A program made the position numbers and the translations under genes. The notes beneath the pieces are model-generated. The model made no database searches, was not told the DNA's origin, and saw only the letters and a list, made by a program, of their open reading frames with translations. DNA of 63,083 nucleotides, filler included, from Collodictyon triciliatum (Eukaryota): the NCBI GenBank assembly GCA_043381765.1. It is 6 parts of 6 records of this genome, joined end to end, with 100 filler letters (N's around TTAATTAATTAA, not from the genome) between each part and the next. Parts side by side here need not be neighbours in the genome. Positions count along the whole stretch, not along the records: positions 28,578 to 39,217 come from JBHJMP010000075.1; positions 39,318 to 56,664 come from JBHJMP010000079.1; 4 more parts are not named here. One strand, written 5' to 3'. Shown one piece after another: positions 34,801-47,800 of the stretch (the first letter of the stretch is position 1; each line of letters opens with the position of its first letter).

Positions 34801-37800
34801 TTAAAAATTAATAAAAGAAAAATTAAAAATTAAAAATTAAAAATTAAAAATTAAAAATTAAAAATTAATAAAAGAAAACGAAAACGAAATATTCCAGATT
34901 TTGCGTCCAACAGGGGAAATTCAGTTCTTAAAAAGAAATCATGGAGAAACATAAAACTTCTGTAACTTTATGAGATACACATTAATTAAATATTATACTA
35001 AATGACCACATATAGAAAAGAAAATCTACTTGGGGAAATAAAGATGAGACAGTCCTAGTTCGAATCTTAGTTCGAGATGCGTTACAATTGTAATTGTTAT
35101 TATTTGAAAAAATCTTCATACATTTTTATTTATGTAAAAATGCATGATACTTGAATTTAAACAATATGAACAGAATCAGGAAAGCTACTTTAAAGGTGGC
35201 TCTTGATTCTGGTTTAAGGTCTTCTGCATACTTAATATACCGAGAGGGTGATGGGGGAACAGGGTAAACGGGAATGGTGTGAATTGCATCATCACGCATC
35301 CTCAGAGTGCTTTGTCCATGCATATATTCTCTTAAACAATGCATACACCTTATTTTCATTTTAACACAAATAAAATGGATATGCTCATAATAATCTCACT
35401 TGGAGTGCTCAAGATAGGTAAAAAGCTTGATGAATGAGTATCCAACAAAGGTGATTTCTGGTTTCTGGGTGTTTCCCTATGAAACTCTTGTCAACAATAG
35501 CCCAGGCAATAAAAAAATGATGAAGATATTCAATCTGTACTTTCCCACTAGTTTTGCAGGAAACATGGTAGAATTTGAAAAGCATGTGGCGATTCGCATC
35601 CACATGGTTTGGGAGTTCAATTTTAACCTCTATTTTTATGACAAAAAATTAAGTACAAACAATTCAGTTTTTTTGATAGTGGCAATGCGCAGATTTAAAA
35701 TTATGAAAAGATGTATGAAGGATTCGAAAAAACCATCATAAAGTAGTGGTGCTTTTTGGTGATATAATATTTGGCTATTAATTTTTGTTGTGCGGCTGAT
35801 TCCATTTCGAGAGTATAAGACCTGAAATAAAAGTAATGCACGACAGGCAGTTGATGAATGAATTTCGTTATGAGAGAATTACAATTAATGTATATTGTGG
35901 CTCATGCTTACTGCTAATCCCTCTTCATCAAGACTGCTGTCGTCTGCTTTGCAGCTTACAGTCACCATTAAATTTCTCACCTACGAATTGAATTAGGTTA
36001 TGCCCTTCATTTTCATAAAAAAATAAAATAAAATAAAAAAGAGATTGGTAATATCAAAGGCATGCTCGATGCGGCGAATATATAAATACATACTTTATTT
36101 ATTTATATAAAAAAAGACCAATGAAGCTATGTTAACATTACTTGGCAGAGTTTGCTAGTCATTTGCAAAAAGTTGAGTTGTTCCTGTTTAAATATTGATT
36201 CAATACATGCTGCTGATTATATTTTTGAAAATAAATGTATATTAGCAGTAAAGGGCGTACTTACGGGATAGATGTAAAGGTTGTTTACAAATCGACTATA
36301 GGGTGTCGTTGGAACACCGGTACCTCGCCCCGAAAAGGCTTGAAGTTCTACAGCCACCTAAATAAAAGAAAAAATATCCTGAAATTATTCGGTTGGGTCT
36401 AGCACATATATCCTGATCAGTTCATAACAAATATAGCTAAGAAAGAATGGAATCGAATCGAACTTGATTGGGTTTCAATGAACCCTCTATGAGATTTTCA
36501 AAGCCATTAAGGGACAGAGAGTCTGGATATTCCACTAAATACAATAAAAATAAAAATAAAAAAATTCCATCAATATTATTGTGAGAGAAAATAGTGAAGG
36601 ATGACAGGGAGAAAAAAAAAAGATGAGATGAGAGGCACATACTTAATCCGGCGCTCGGATCGATGAAGCAGTATTTTCTAACATCTGTGCTTTCTCCAAA
36701 TTTAGAGATTGTGATGATTAAAGAGCCACTCAATGTCTTCTTCTTGGATGCCTGTGGTAATATTTTTCTTATTAGATTGATAAGGTTCCCTTAGAGTTTC
36801 TTTATAATGAATTTCAATATAAAGTCCTTTCAAATTTTCCTCTTCAATAACAGCGAGTATGTAAACCTTATCTGCAATACTCTCCATTATAGCGCTGTCA
36901 GACATATCATCGCTTCGGTATTTATATATGGGCAGTTCTAATAATTTAAATTGTTATTTTTTTCATTCAAATATTTAAAAGAATACATTTTCTAATATTT
37001 TAAAATAAAATAGATGTGCACCAAAACTTACGTGAGTGAACAAAAAACAATAAACAAAAAAATGAATAAAAACAAAAAGTAGAAACAATAAATAAAAACA
37101 ATAAAATCATGGTTGGGTGAATGCATGTTTTTCTACCCTTCGAGTTTTCAGATATCGTTTCGTGTCTGTTTTCAGGCGACTCTTCGTTAAACAAAGGCAT
37201 AACAGCCCATCCAAAAGGTTGGCGATATTCAGCCTAAAAGTAATTGCTTAGTCCAAAACAGCTGCAGCTAAAATTCCCATCCAATGTAATTTGGTCTAGT
37301 GAGAATAAAACAAGGCTGTGAATGACACACCATTCTGAGGCAATTTTCCTTGTGTTCCCTTTTTAACTTCTCGCTCGATGCAGCCTAAAACAACAGAGTT
37401 AATGACGTCATTTTCATCTATACATACTTAATATAAGAAATCAAGAGTATTCACTCATGTTATTAATGTAAGTGCGCCAAACCCCATCTTTTGTATATGG
37501 CTCAACACATGATTCGTAGTCCCCCTGCAACACTTTTTCAACCCGAATGATGATATATAACCCGTATGAGGAATGTGGAAGAGAAACAACCGCAGTGTTG
37601 GGTGTGTTCGACCAAAAGATAGAGTCGAGGGAAGCTTTTCTCTGCCGGACATAAGGTAGATATCAAATGAAAACCTGAGTCTGTTTGCATCGATGCCAAA
37701 GGAAACACACTATATACTCAATATGCGTTTACCGTTTCTCCGAGCATGCTCATCAACGCAGTCGGGTTCTGATGAAAGTAGAAATTTTCGGTAATTTTTG

Positions 37801-38538
37801 TTTTTGATGACAATTCATAGACTGAAAAATTCAGAAAGAATGGCTGCACGTCCATGGGCTTGATATTAATCGCTTTGCAAGATATGACAATCATGGATTC
37901 TCTGTTGGATTCATTCATATTTAGACTTAAAATATGTTGGCACTTTATATGGTAGACAACTCGGACCTCATTATATTCTAGCTCAAGGCAATTTTTTTTC
38001 GGAATTATTCTGAAATAATATGATTATTATGAAATATTTACAGCCTATCACGAAATGAATTCTTGTCTTTGACCGAGCGCAGGTCGCCCCAGTCCATCTT
38101 TTCAACACCTCGATATGCTTTCATAAAATCGAGGCGATTCTAGATGTATTAACATCATAACCAAAATGATATTTTATTTCGGTTACTAAAGCATCTGATA
38201 TGTCTAATTTTTTTAAAATGAAAAATATAGAGTAATCAAAAATATCCAAGAAGAGATGAGTTTTGTGGAAACGAAACCAACAAGACTGAATGCATCAGGG
38301 ATATATCAATGCAACATACATTGGAGTCCTGTTCAGAAATGATTGGATAAGTTGGATAATCTTCGATGACTCTAAATGACGGTGGTGAAGTTCCACTTCT
38401 TGGCCTAGTGGAGAATCCGAAGCTTGATTCGTCAACGGTGACAATTGGAAATCCGTCTGCGTCATGCACTGATATTTGGAAGAGTTTAACAGAATAATAA
38501 CATATCCGAGATGAATGAAATGAGAGGTGAGCTCCAAT

Positions 38539-38581
<43 letters not shown>

Positions 38582-38991
38582 ATGATGAACGCCTCATACC
38601 GTCTTCTCTTCTGATCTGGTCATGAGCTATCCAGTTTTCATATTTCTTGTCTGTATCAACCTCAGGTGGGTGAAAATACCGAGGTTGTTCCGTGGGTTGG
38701 TATTTCTTTTCCACAAACTAAGTGCGAGTGATAAATGCAATTACCCAATACTCAGATTATGTTCTATAGCTTTCCGAAAACTAAAGAATGCTGCCAGGTT
38801 AGACTCAAGAAAACGAAGAAAAAGGCTCTGCAGATAATGGATTTCTTCTGGGCATTCAGACAAACTCACAAGAAATGGATCGCAGACAGCACGGATGGAA
38901 TCTGCGAAGTATTTTGAAGATGTCTCTCGCAACTGCGCAAGATTATGAAAGGGTCCATGGAGAAAGAAACGCTCACATGATTGAATTATTA
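28821..38991 (-). CDS. DOCK-family Rho GEF, DOCK6/7/8 (DOCK-C/zizimin-related)-like, partial (DHR2 cut by scaffold end)
   Basis: Exons give VQPFFLNFSVYELSSKTKITENFYF, YRQPFGWAVMPLF and PYSRFVNNLYIYP. The DHR1/C2 segment reads RNLMVTVSCK...YHQKAPLFYD...VKIELPNHVDANRHMLFKFYHVSCK. The DHR2 start reads NPDLRLYIMGCLAEEQ...FAEAAITYANAACLVADYL. Confidence 0.85.
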
Positions 38992-39217
38992 CAAAGATAC
39001 ATGAAGGAATGAAGCAAAAAAAAATACAAAAATATAGGCAAGGAAATATAGAAGGAGCCTGAAAAGAAAGGATGAGCATGATAACATAGAAGCCAATTTA
39101 AAGAAGAGAAGACAGAGCAGAAGAAAAGAAAAGAAAAGAAAAGAAAAGAAAAGAAAAGAAAAGAAAAGAAAAGAAAAGAAAAGAAAAGAAAAGAAAAGAA
39201 AAGAAAAGAAAAGAAAA

Positions 39218-39317
39218 NNNNNNNNNNNNNNNNNNNNNNNNNNNNNNNNNNNNNNNNNNNNTTAATTAATTAANNNNNNNNNNNNNNNNNNNNNNNNNNN
39301 NNNNNNNNNNNNNNNNN
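39218..39317. other. Artificial scaffold spacer
   Basis: TTAATTAATTAA at 39262-39273 between N runs. Confidence 0.97.
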
Positions 39318-39396
<79 letters not shown>

Positions 39397-39697
39397 CTTT
39401 TTTTCTTTTTTTCTTTTTTCCTTTTTTTTTCTTTTGATTTTACTTTTTGATTTTACTAATCATGATCACCTGTCACCTGGTGGGGTGTTGAAAAAGGTGG
39501 AAAATGTATATAAATTAACATAACAGGCATCATTACGCAGGTGTAAAAGGTCTTTGACAGAGGGCGGGTTTACACGCTTTGCAAGAAAGCGGACGCACTC
39601 GTAGAGGCGCGTCCGATGAGGATCGCCGCTGAGCAGAGACGTACGATTCAGCAAATGCTTCGTGTGGATTTGTGTGGACAACATTCAAGCGCGGTGG

Positions 39698-39854
39698 TTA
39701 TTGTGCTACTTGGAATAAAAGGTTATCATCAAAGACGCCAACATCTAANNNNNNNNNNNNNNNNNNNNNNNNNNNNNNNNNNNNNNNNNNNNNNNNNNNN
39801 NNNNNNNNNNNNNNNNNNNNNNNNNNNNNNNNNNNNNNNNNNNNNNNNNNNNNN

Positions 39855-39903
<49 letters not shown>

Positions 39904-40866
39904 CCCCCGATAAACTCGCAAAGTCTCTACCTGCGTCATAACCTTTCAGAGTCGCCATTGCAGCCTTCAGCCCAGCCACGCCATATCGCCTGGTCACGCA
40001 CTCATTGACAAGTTTGATTTGGGTCTGGAGATTCTCTGATGCTTGGTGGTCGCCTTTCTGAAAAGAGTCCAGCAGCTGGGCCAGAATCTGCGGACCGATG
40101 TTTGCAAAAGCGCAAATCCCACCAACAGCGCCGATTCGAAGGGCGTCATATAAAAACCCGGCGCTGCCTGCCAGGAGCTGAAAGTCGGTCTTCGATCCTG
40201 ATTCCTGGTCGCGGGTTTTGATTCTCTGGTGGATCTCCTCCATCCTGTGCACATTGCCACTGCTGTCTTTCAGCCCGACGATTCTTTGATGAGAAGACAG
40301 GGCCACAACGACATTTGCAGACAAGTCGATGCCCGTATTTGCTGGCATATTGTAGACTATGACAGGGCACCGCACAGCATCAGCCACGCTCGTATAGTAT
40401 CCGATGATGACCTCATCACTCATTTGCGACTATGAGGAGCATGAAGCGTGAGTACAGTGGAGATCATCTTTCAAACGAATAACACGGGCAGTACAGAAGC
40501 ATTCTATAGAGCGCATATCCAGAAATAAACCTTATAATAGCTCGGTGGCAGAACCAAAACAGCATCCACCCTGATGGCCAAGAGCTTGTTGATTATGCGT
40601 ATTGTCTCGTGAGTGGAGTCATGAGAGGCCCCGGCGATGATCTTGTATCTTTCAGGAACGATTGACGAAACAGTCTCTATAACCCGGAAACGTTCATCCT
40701 CGTTCATCAGTGCCGCTTCCCCATTTGACCCAAGAACAACAATCCCAGCCAAGGAGGGCTCGTTTTCAAGGATTTTCCCAACATTTTTGCGGAGGGCTTC
40801 GAAGTTTATGCTTCCGTCGGTGTTGAACGGAGTGGCGATCGGTGGGTAAACACCAGAGATATCCAT
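39698..40866 (-). CDS. HOGA1: 4-hydroxy-2-oxoglutarate aldolase (DHDPS/NAL family)
   Basis: Translation contains MDISGVYPPIATPF, GSNGE (HOGA-type rather than the GTTGE of DapA), YNMPANTG, the Schiff-base lysine in LKDSSG, FQLLAGSAGFL, GAVGGICAFAN and VTRRYGVAGLKAAM. Two clear exons. The C-terminal exon is probably lost in the gap at 39749-39854, so the 3' coordinate is uncertain. Confidence 0.85.
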
Positions 40867-41820
40867 CACTAACCTGCTGAGGGAAAGTGGTGGTTTGGAA
40901 GGCAACGCTGGGTGCCTCTCATGAAGGGAACGTCTTTTTTTTTTCATTTGTTTTCATTTGATTTTTTTTNNNNNNNNNNNNNNNNNNNNNNNNNNNNNNN
41001 NNNNNNNNNNNNNNNNNNNNNNNNNNNNNNNNNNNNNNNNNNNNNNNNNNNNNNNNNNNNNNNNNNNNNNNNNNNNNNNNNNNNNNNNNNNNNNNNNNNN
41101 NNNNNNNNNNNNNNNNNNNNNNNNNNNNNNNNNNNNNNNNNNNNNNNNNNNNNNNNNNNNNNNNNNNNNNNNNNNNNNNNNNNNNNNNNNNNNNNNNNNN
41201 NNNNNNNNNNNNNNNNNNNNNNNNNNNNNNNNNNNNNNNNNNNNNNNNNNNNNNNNNNNNNNNNNNNNNNNNNNNNNNNNNNNNNNNNNNNNNNNNNNNN
41301 NNNNNNNNNNNNNNNNNNNNNNNNNNNNNNNNNNNNNNNNNNNNNNNNNNNNNNNNNNNNNNNNNNNNNNNNNNNNNNNNNNNNNNNNNNNNNNNNNNNN
41401 NNNNNNNNNNNNNNNNNNNNNNNNNNNNNNNNNNNNNNNNNNNNNNNNNNNNNNNNNNNNNNNNNNNNNNNNNNNNNNNNNNNNNNNNNNNNNNNNNNNN
41501 NNNNNNNNNNNNNNNNNNNNNNNNNNNNNNNNNNNNNNNNNNNNNNNNNNNNNNNNNNNNNNNNNNNNNNNNNNNNNNNNNNNNNNNNNNNNNNNNNNNN
41601 NNNNNNNNNNNNNNNNNNNNNNNNNNNNNNNNNNNNNNNNNNNNNNNNNNNNNNNNNNNNNNNNNNNNNNNNNNNNNNNNNNNNNNNNNNNNNNNNNNNN
41701 NNNNNNNNNNNNNNNNNNNNNNNNNNNNNNNNNNNAACATAGCGGCTCGTCGAGCTCAAAACTTAGCAAGGCGCTTGAACCCAAACAAAAGCCACTCTGC
41801 CATATTACTTGAGGCTTTTT

Positions 41821-44800
41821 ATGGAAGATAATTCCCAAAAGACGACTGCAGGCCATAAACACGCGAGATCAGCAAAGTATGCCTTTACCTTTCCATCGCT
41901 ACACTTATGGTTTGTTATGGCTTGTCTCTTTTTCATTGCTGCCCCTCCCTCTGGAACATCAGCCACAAACCTCCAAGCTTTCCTGCACAATGTAAGTTCG
42001 GCAGATCTATTGAAAGATAACAGTCGACTTGCTCTATCAACCCGAATATTGCTTAACGATCATGGTGAAATCATCGACCAGTGGGAGGCAACAAGTTACA
42101 TACCAAACCCACCGCGTTTCTTCAATGATATCTTCACAAAAGGCACTACAAAATCAGATGATAATGATGAATTTATTGACACCGAGTTGAGCCAAGCCAT
42201 TGGAATGGGTATGGATCCTTTCATATCTACACTACACGAATCTCTCTCAAATTTGGTATCACGTTCTGCCAAATATGAAGAGTATTCCTTGCTTCAAGAG
42301 CCTATATACGAGCCCCCAGTAATCACCCTCCCCATATTTTGTGACCTGGAGATTGTACTGCGTGACAAACAAAACCCTGAATCCGGGTCTGACGTACACG
42401 ATAAAACAATGCACCCCATTCTAGAGGTACATCTACCTAGTAAAGCAGATCCCCTATGCTTTAGTCCCACCAAAGGTGGCCACAATACTGCGCTGATTGG
42501 ACCTTTTGATTTCGGGACTCAGATATCGGTTTCCCTTGCGAAATCTACGTCTAGTTGTTATGAGGGAATTGCATTTCCAATACCAGATATACACTTATAT
42601 TTACTGCCTGATAATAGTGGGAAAAATTCTCGTTCTTGGACTGTCATCCCATGTTTGGATGTTTCTTGTAAGGAACTTAAAACGATGGAATATATTATCA
42701 CAATCCACATAAAGAGTCATCCAACAGGCTCGCAATTCCCCTTGACTGTCCCAATTAAATTGCCTCCTATTTCGAATATTTCCCTTACATTTGACATATC
42801 TCCCGAGCCCATTAACTCCGTCACAATACTGTCGACACCAAAAGTTGGTGTCCTCGATGTCCCAAATATTCCAATAACCTTCCAGAGCCCTCCTTTTCAA
42901 GTCTCATATATCTCGCATGTAGAGCACCCTCAATCAACCGACACACATCTTTCTGTTTCTACCACTGCTTTGGTTGAATATCAAAACAAAACATTAGTAC
43001 ACATTTCATACCAAATTACGTATACTTATCATAAAGAACCACCGACAGCCTTTGCTTTAGATTTCGACACAGAGTTTTCCGTTCCGAAACTCATTCAACT
43101 GAGAGGATCTGATCCGTTAAACATCTCGCTCATTGCCTCCATTTCTTCGTTTCCAAAGCTAGGCCATTTGTATCAGTATAAAAATGGTCGTGTAGGGAAT
43201 ATAGTCGATGGCCGAGGAATAATATATGATTCATTAAACCGACTGTACTATCTTGCGTCTCACAGGAGGGCAAACTACATTTTGAAAGATAAATTTACCT
43301 TTATTGTTTCAAATCAAATATTGAAATCGAATCCAGTCTGTGCAGATGTATCTCTGAATCCTAAAAGTAACTCTGTACCTCGTTCATCCAACGTGATTAT
43401 CTCAATTGAAGAAGACAATAGAGCATACATAAACATTACAGCCTCTGATTCAGACAACGACCCAATGACGTTGACTATAACGTCTCTTCCAGTACGTGGA
43501 AAATTATTTGAATCGCATGACGGAAATTCCATAGGAATGGAAATTCATATGATTGGACATATCTTGGACTTTATGGCCCAGCCTGGTCTATGGTTTCTTG
43601 TGTTTGTTCCGGCCCCGAATGAAAGTGGTGAACCCTACGCTAACTTCAACTTTGCTGTTAAAGACCACTCGTCTCAAAGAATTCAATCTGTTCAAATATC
43701 TGTTCTGCCTGTAAATGACCCCCCGGTTGCAAAATATTTATTGCTCGAAATTCCGCATGATGACAAGGGACATTTGGCCCTCGATTGCATATGGGATCAA
43801 AATCACGATGCTGATCCAGATAATAAGGTTAAAGATCTTTTTGTTGTGATAAACTCCTTACCATCGATGGGCTCTTTGAAGCTTAGTCCACGGTTAAGCG
43901 TTTCTGATGGTGGTTGTGTATCTAATGAGAAAAACTGGAACGAGATAACTACTGATATTAATATATTGCTTAATCCTATAAAGATAGACTATACCAAAAT
44001 GCAACTTATTTATGCTATTTCAATCAATTCTTCTGGCAATCCTGTTGATTCTTTCAGATACTCTCTCCAAGATGCACACGGGCTATCTTCTTCGATAGAA
44101 ACAATAGAAATATATCGCCCTATTTCGGACTGCTCCCTTCGCCTTCTGACGCCAACAAACTTTACCGGCTTCAATAGCGATTCTATCAGCGTTCCTATCC
44201 TTGTATCTCGTTGTGAAGTGAATTCAAAATCGACATTTACACTTTCCAATCTCCAAGGGATTAAACAGAATGAGCTATATATGTTTCATACTAAAGAAAA
44301 GAAACATGTTTATCTTGGATACAACTATCCAGCCAGCCCCGAAAAATTTTACATCGAAATTAAACCAGCCTTAAAAAAAGGGACCCATTTTAGTGTAGAT
44401 ATAACTGTCCGAGAAAGAAAGAGGTTCTATACCGGAAGTTTATTTTTCAAGATCAAATCAAAATCGTATGTCCCATCATGTTTGAATACTGAGATCGAAA
44501 TTAGCTCTGGCCAACCCACGTCCATTAATTTCACAAGATATTATTCCATCAAATCAACTCATTCCCATAGAATCATTCTCCGAAATCAACCAATGCATGG
44601 CGTATTTATTTATGGCTCGGGAAAAGATATGGTTTTGGACAGTAAAACACCATTTAATCCGATTTACAACATCTCTTACATACCCCACGGTATCGTTCAC
44701 AATTTTACAAGAGATGTCATACATTATTCAATCGTCGAACACGACTCGTTACCCAATTGCAGTGAAACTGAATGCAAAATGCATGAACGTATCGTCAATT

Positions 44801-47800
44801 TGAAACCTGATAGCCGAAAGAAAGACACCATTCTTAATTGCTCAGTAACCGTATCTATTTACCCAACCCCTGGGATTTTTAATTTGTACACGCCCGATAA
44901 TCCTCTTATTGTCTTCAAAGGAATAAAGCAAGAGATCATTTTGATACCCGTTTCTGTCACCAAGGTAGCAAATCCAAAAGTCATGGTTGTTTTCTCCATA
45001 GATATCAACAACTTTACTATGAAATACCAGGGAATATTGGTTAAAAATGGGACCATTATTCACCTTAAAACCACTAAAAAGTATGCCGTATTAGAATTTA
45101 CTATTCTCGATACAGAGTCGGTAATTGATTACATCACATTCTATCCCTTGACAGATCATGGTCACTCATCGTCTTCACTCAGATTAAATATATCAGCTAG
45201 TGAAAGACATGCCTATTATTGTGATGTGTACCCAAAAGTTGCAACGATGCCCTTCATTGGAGAATGTAGTCTTTTTTTGATTGTCATGAATATACCCTTT
45301 CTCCAAAAGGATAATATTGAAATTGAACATCTGGGATCTGCAAACAATATAATCTTAGATACCTTCGTTGAGCGAGAGGAAAGTCTCAGAGAAATATTTT
45401 TAATTCGAAAGAGTTTTAATTTCAGAAATCACACTCTCTATACCTTAAGATACTGCAATACTCCTATTGTGAACAGTAGTAATAATTTAGTATTAAAATC
45501 AGATCATTTCATCGTTTCTGGATATATCGCAGACTTGAAAATATCTTCCTTGATTCATATTATTCCTCAAGTTTATTCAAATTCCTTGGTTCATATACGG
45601 CATAATTTGCCCACAAATAGTTTTTTGAACTCACCTGGAACTCAATTAAAATCATTCATTGGTTTTGTATTCACTCAATATTCAACCAAATTCCCGTCAT
45701 ATTATCGCATTAAACCAATTAATTACCCCCCTTTCAAAAATCTTTTTGGTTTTTCTATTGGTACCACGCCAATAACTTGCAATCATACAGATTTATTTGA
45801 AATAAATGTGAGTCAAGTCTCTGGAGGATTAATCGGATTTATCGAAATTTTCATTATTGATTCCTCGGATCAGTATTCAGAAAAGCACACAATTCCCATT
45901 TTATTAGATGAGAAAAAGGCATTTGTATATAAATTACACTCAAATTATTTCACATGTAAATATGGAGCTAAATGCTTTATCAATCTTAGTTCGAATATTG
46001 GTTCGGGGTTCACGCAAAGACTAAATATCACCCATCCACCGCAGTATGGTAACATCTCAAACGAGCATTCTGTTGAGTTCTCAACTCAAGATTTTAAACA
46101 AAAAACAACAGATTGGAATTTGGCTTTTTTGCCTCATAATTTGTCTGATGTTATTGATAGATGGGATTTGATTGGCTTTCATATAGCTATGGGTAATGGA
46201 TCAAAGTCTATGCGATTTTCGGTGCCTATAAAAATTCAAAAAAATAATAAACCACCAAAAATTTATGTACCAAAGTTATTTTCTGTCAAAGAATCAGATA
46301 CAGTTCGTCTATTAATTCAAGGATACGATCCGAATCCATCTGATGAATTATTGCTAATTTTTCGTGCAGAAGACTCTTTAGCTGATTTGCCAGACTTGAT
46401 TACCCTTGATAACAAATGCATTCCATTTAATGAATCCATTTCTTTTCCAAAGGGTGGTCTTGTTGTTTTCCTGAAACCAAAACCAAGTAATGCTGGCTTG
46501 TTAATAATTAATGTTCAGTTATCTGATGGGGTCTATCAAGATAATCAGCAAATTCGCGTATCGATTATCAAACGAGAACCAAACCTAGTAAGCAAAAATA
46601 TTACTCTTACCGTTCTTGAGGGAGAAACGATAGACTTGGTTCTAGGAGAGGAATTCTCTTCAAATAAAGGCCCAATTTTGGTTGTGATAGATTCGTTACC
46701 TACTTATGGTGAATTGTATGATAATAAAAAGGCTAGAATAACAAAAGTACCCTTTCAAACAAACAATTCATATTTATACTTCAAATGCCCTACCGCACCT
46801 TCAGGATCTCGTCAAGTCATATTTGCATATCATATTTCTACCAGAATAGATAGGAGTGACACTAGCTATGTTGCTTTAGAATTAGTACATCCTAACCACG
46901 CTCCAGTAATTCTATCCAGCCAAATGGAGTTACTTATCGAACCAAAAAAGAACACAGCGTTTTATTTTGTATTGTATGATATTGATATTACAGATAACCT
47001 TTCTGTCACAATTCGTTCTCATGGGCCTTTCTCCAAATTCTTATTTTATCAGAATGTATCCCTAGAAAACCCCCAGCAATTTAAAGTTAGTGACATTTTT
47101 TCAGGGAATATCTCATTTTCATGGAACCAAGTTGGTCAGTTCAACAAAGAAAATATTACATGTAGCATATCAGTCGATGTATTTGATAGAAATGGACTCT
47201 ACTCTCAGCTACAGATTCCTCTAGTGCTTTCACATGTCTCAATTAGTCATTTTTCAACTGATGTAGAAAATAATATTATTCATGTCAATCGCCCAGTTCC
47301 TAAACTCGTTCGGATATGGACAGAAACTGGCGAAGAATACGATTGGGTTGTTGATATAATACCAAACATTCCTGGTCTTTATATTTCACAATCAATCAAT
47401 AATAAAGAATCATTACTGGTGACTGAATCTCTGCTTCACGTTGGGACATTAGATCAAAAGAGTGTTTTGCGTATTCATGTTGACGAATCATTTTCGAAAC
47501 AACGTCCTCCGCATAAAATAATCGATTTTATACAATTCCGATCGTGGCAAAAGTCTTGCATAGTTTTCCAGAGAATTTTTGTTCATGTTGAATTTTTGAG
47601 CTCCAAAGTTACTGTTAACCTAATTCCCATTCAAAATGTTATTCCAGAATCGAATCATTCCCAAACAATTGTTCACTCTCTGATCTTGCTTGGCATTTTT
47701 CATGAAAAAGAAAGTGACAAAATCGGTCTAATTTGTACTCATCATGATTTATTTTTCAGCCCTTCAAAAGGCAAGGCTCATCCAAAGGACCTTGATATTG

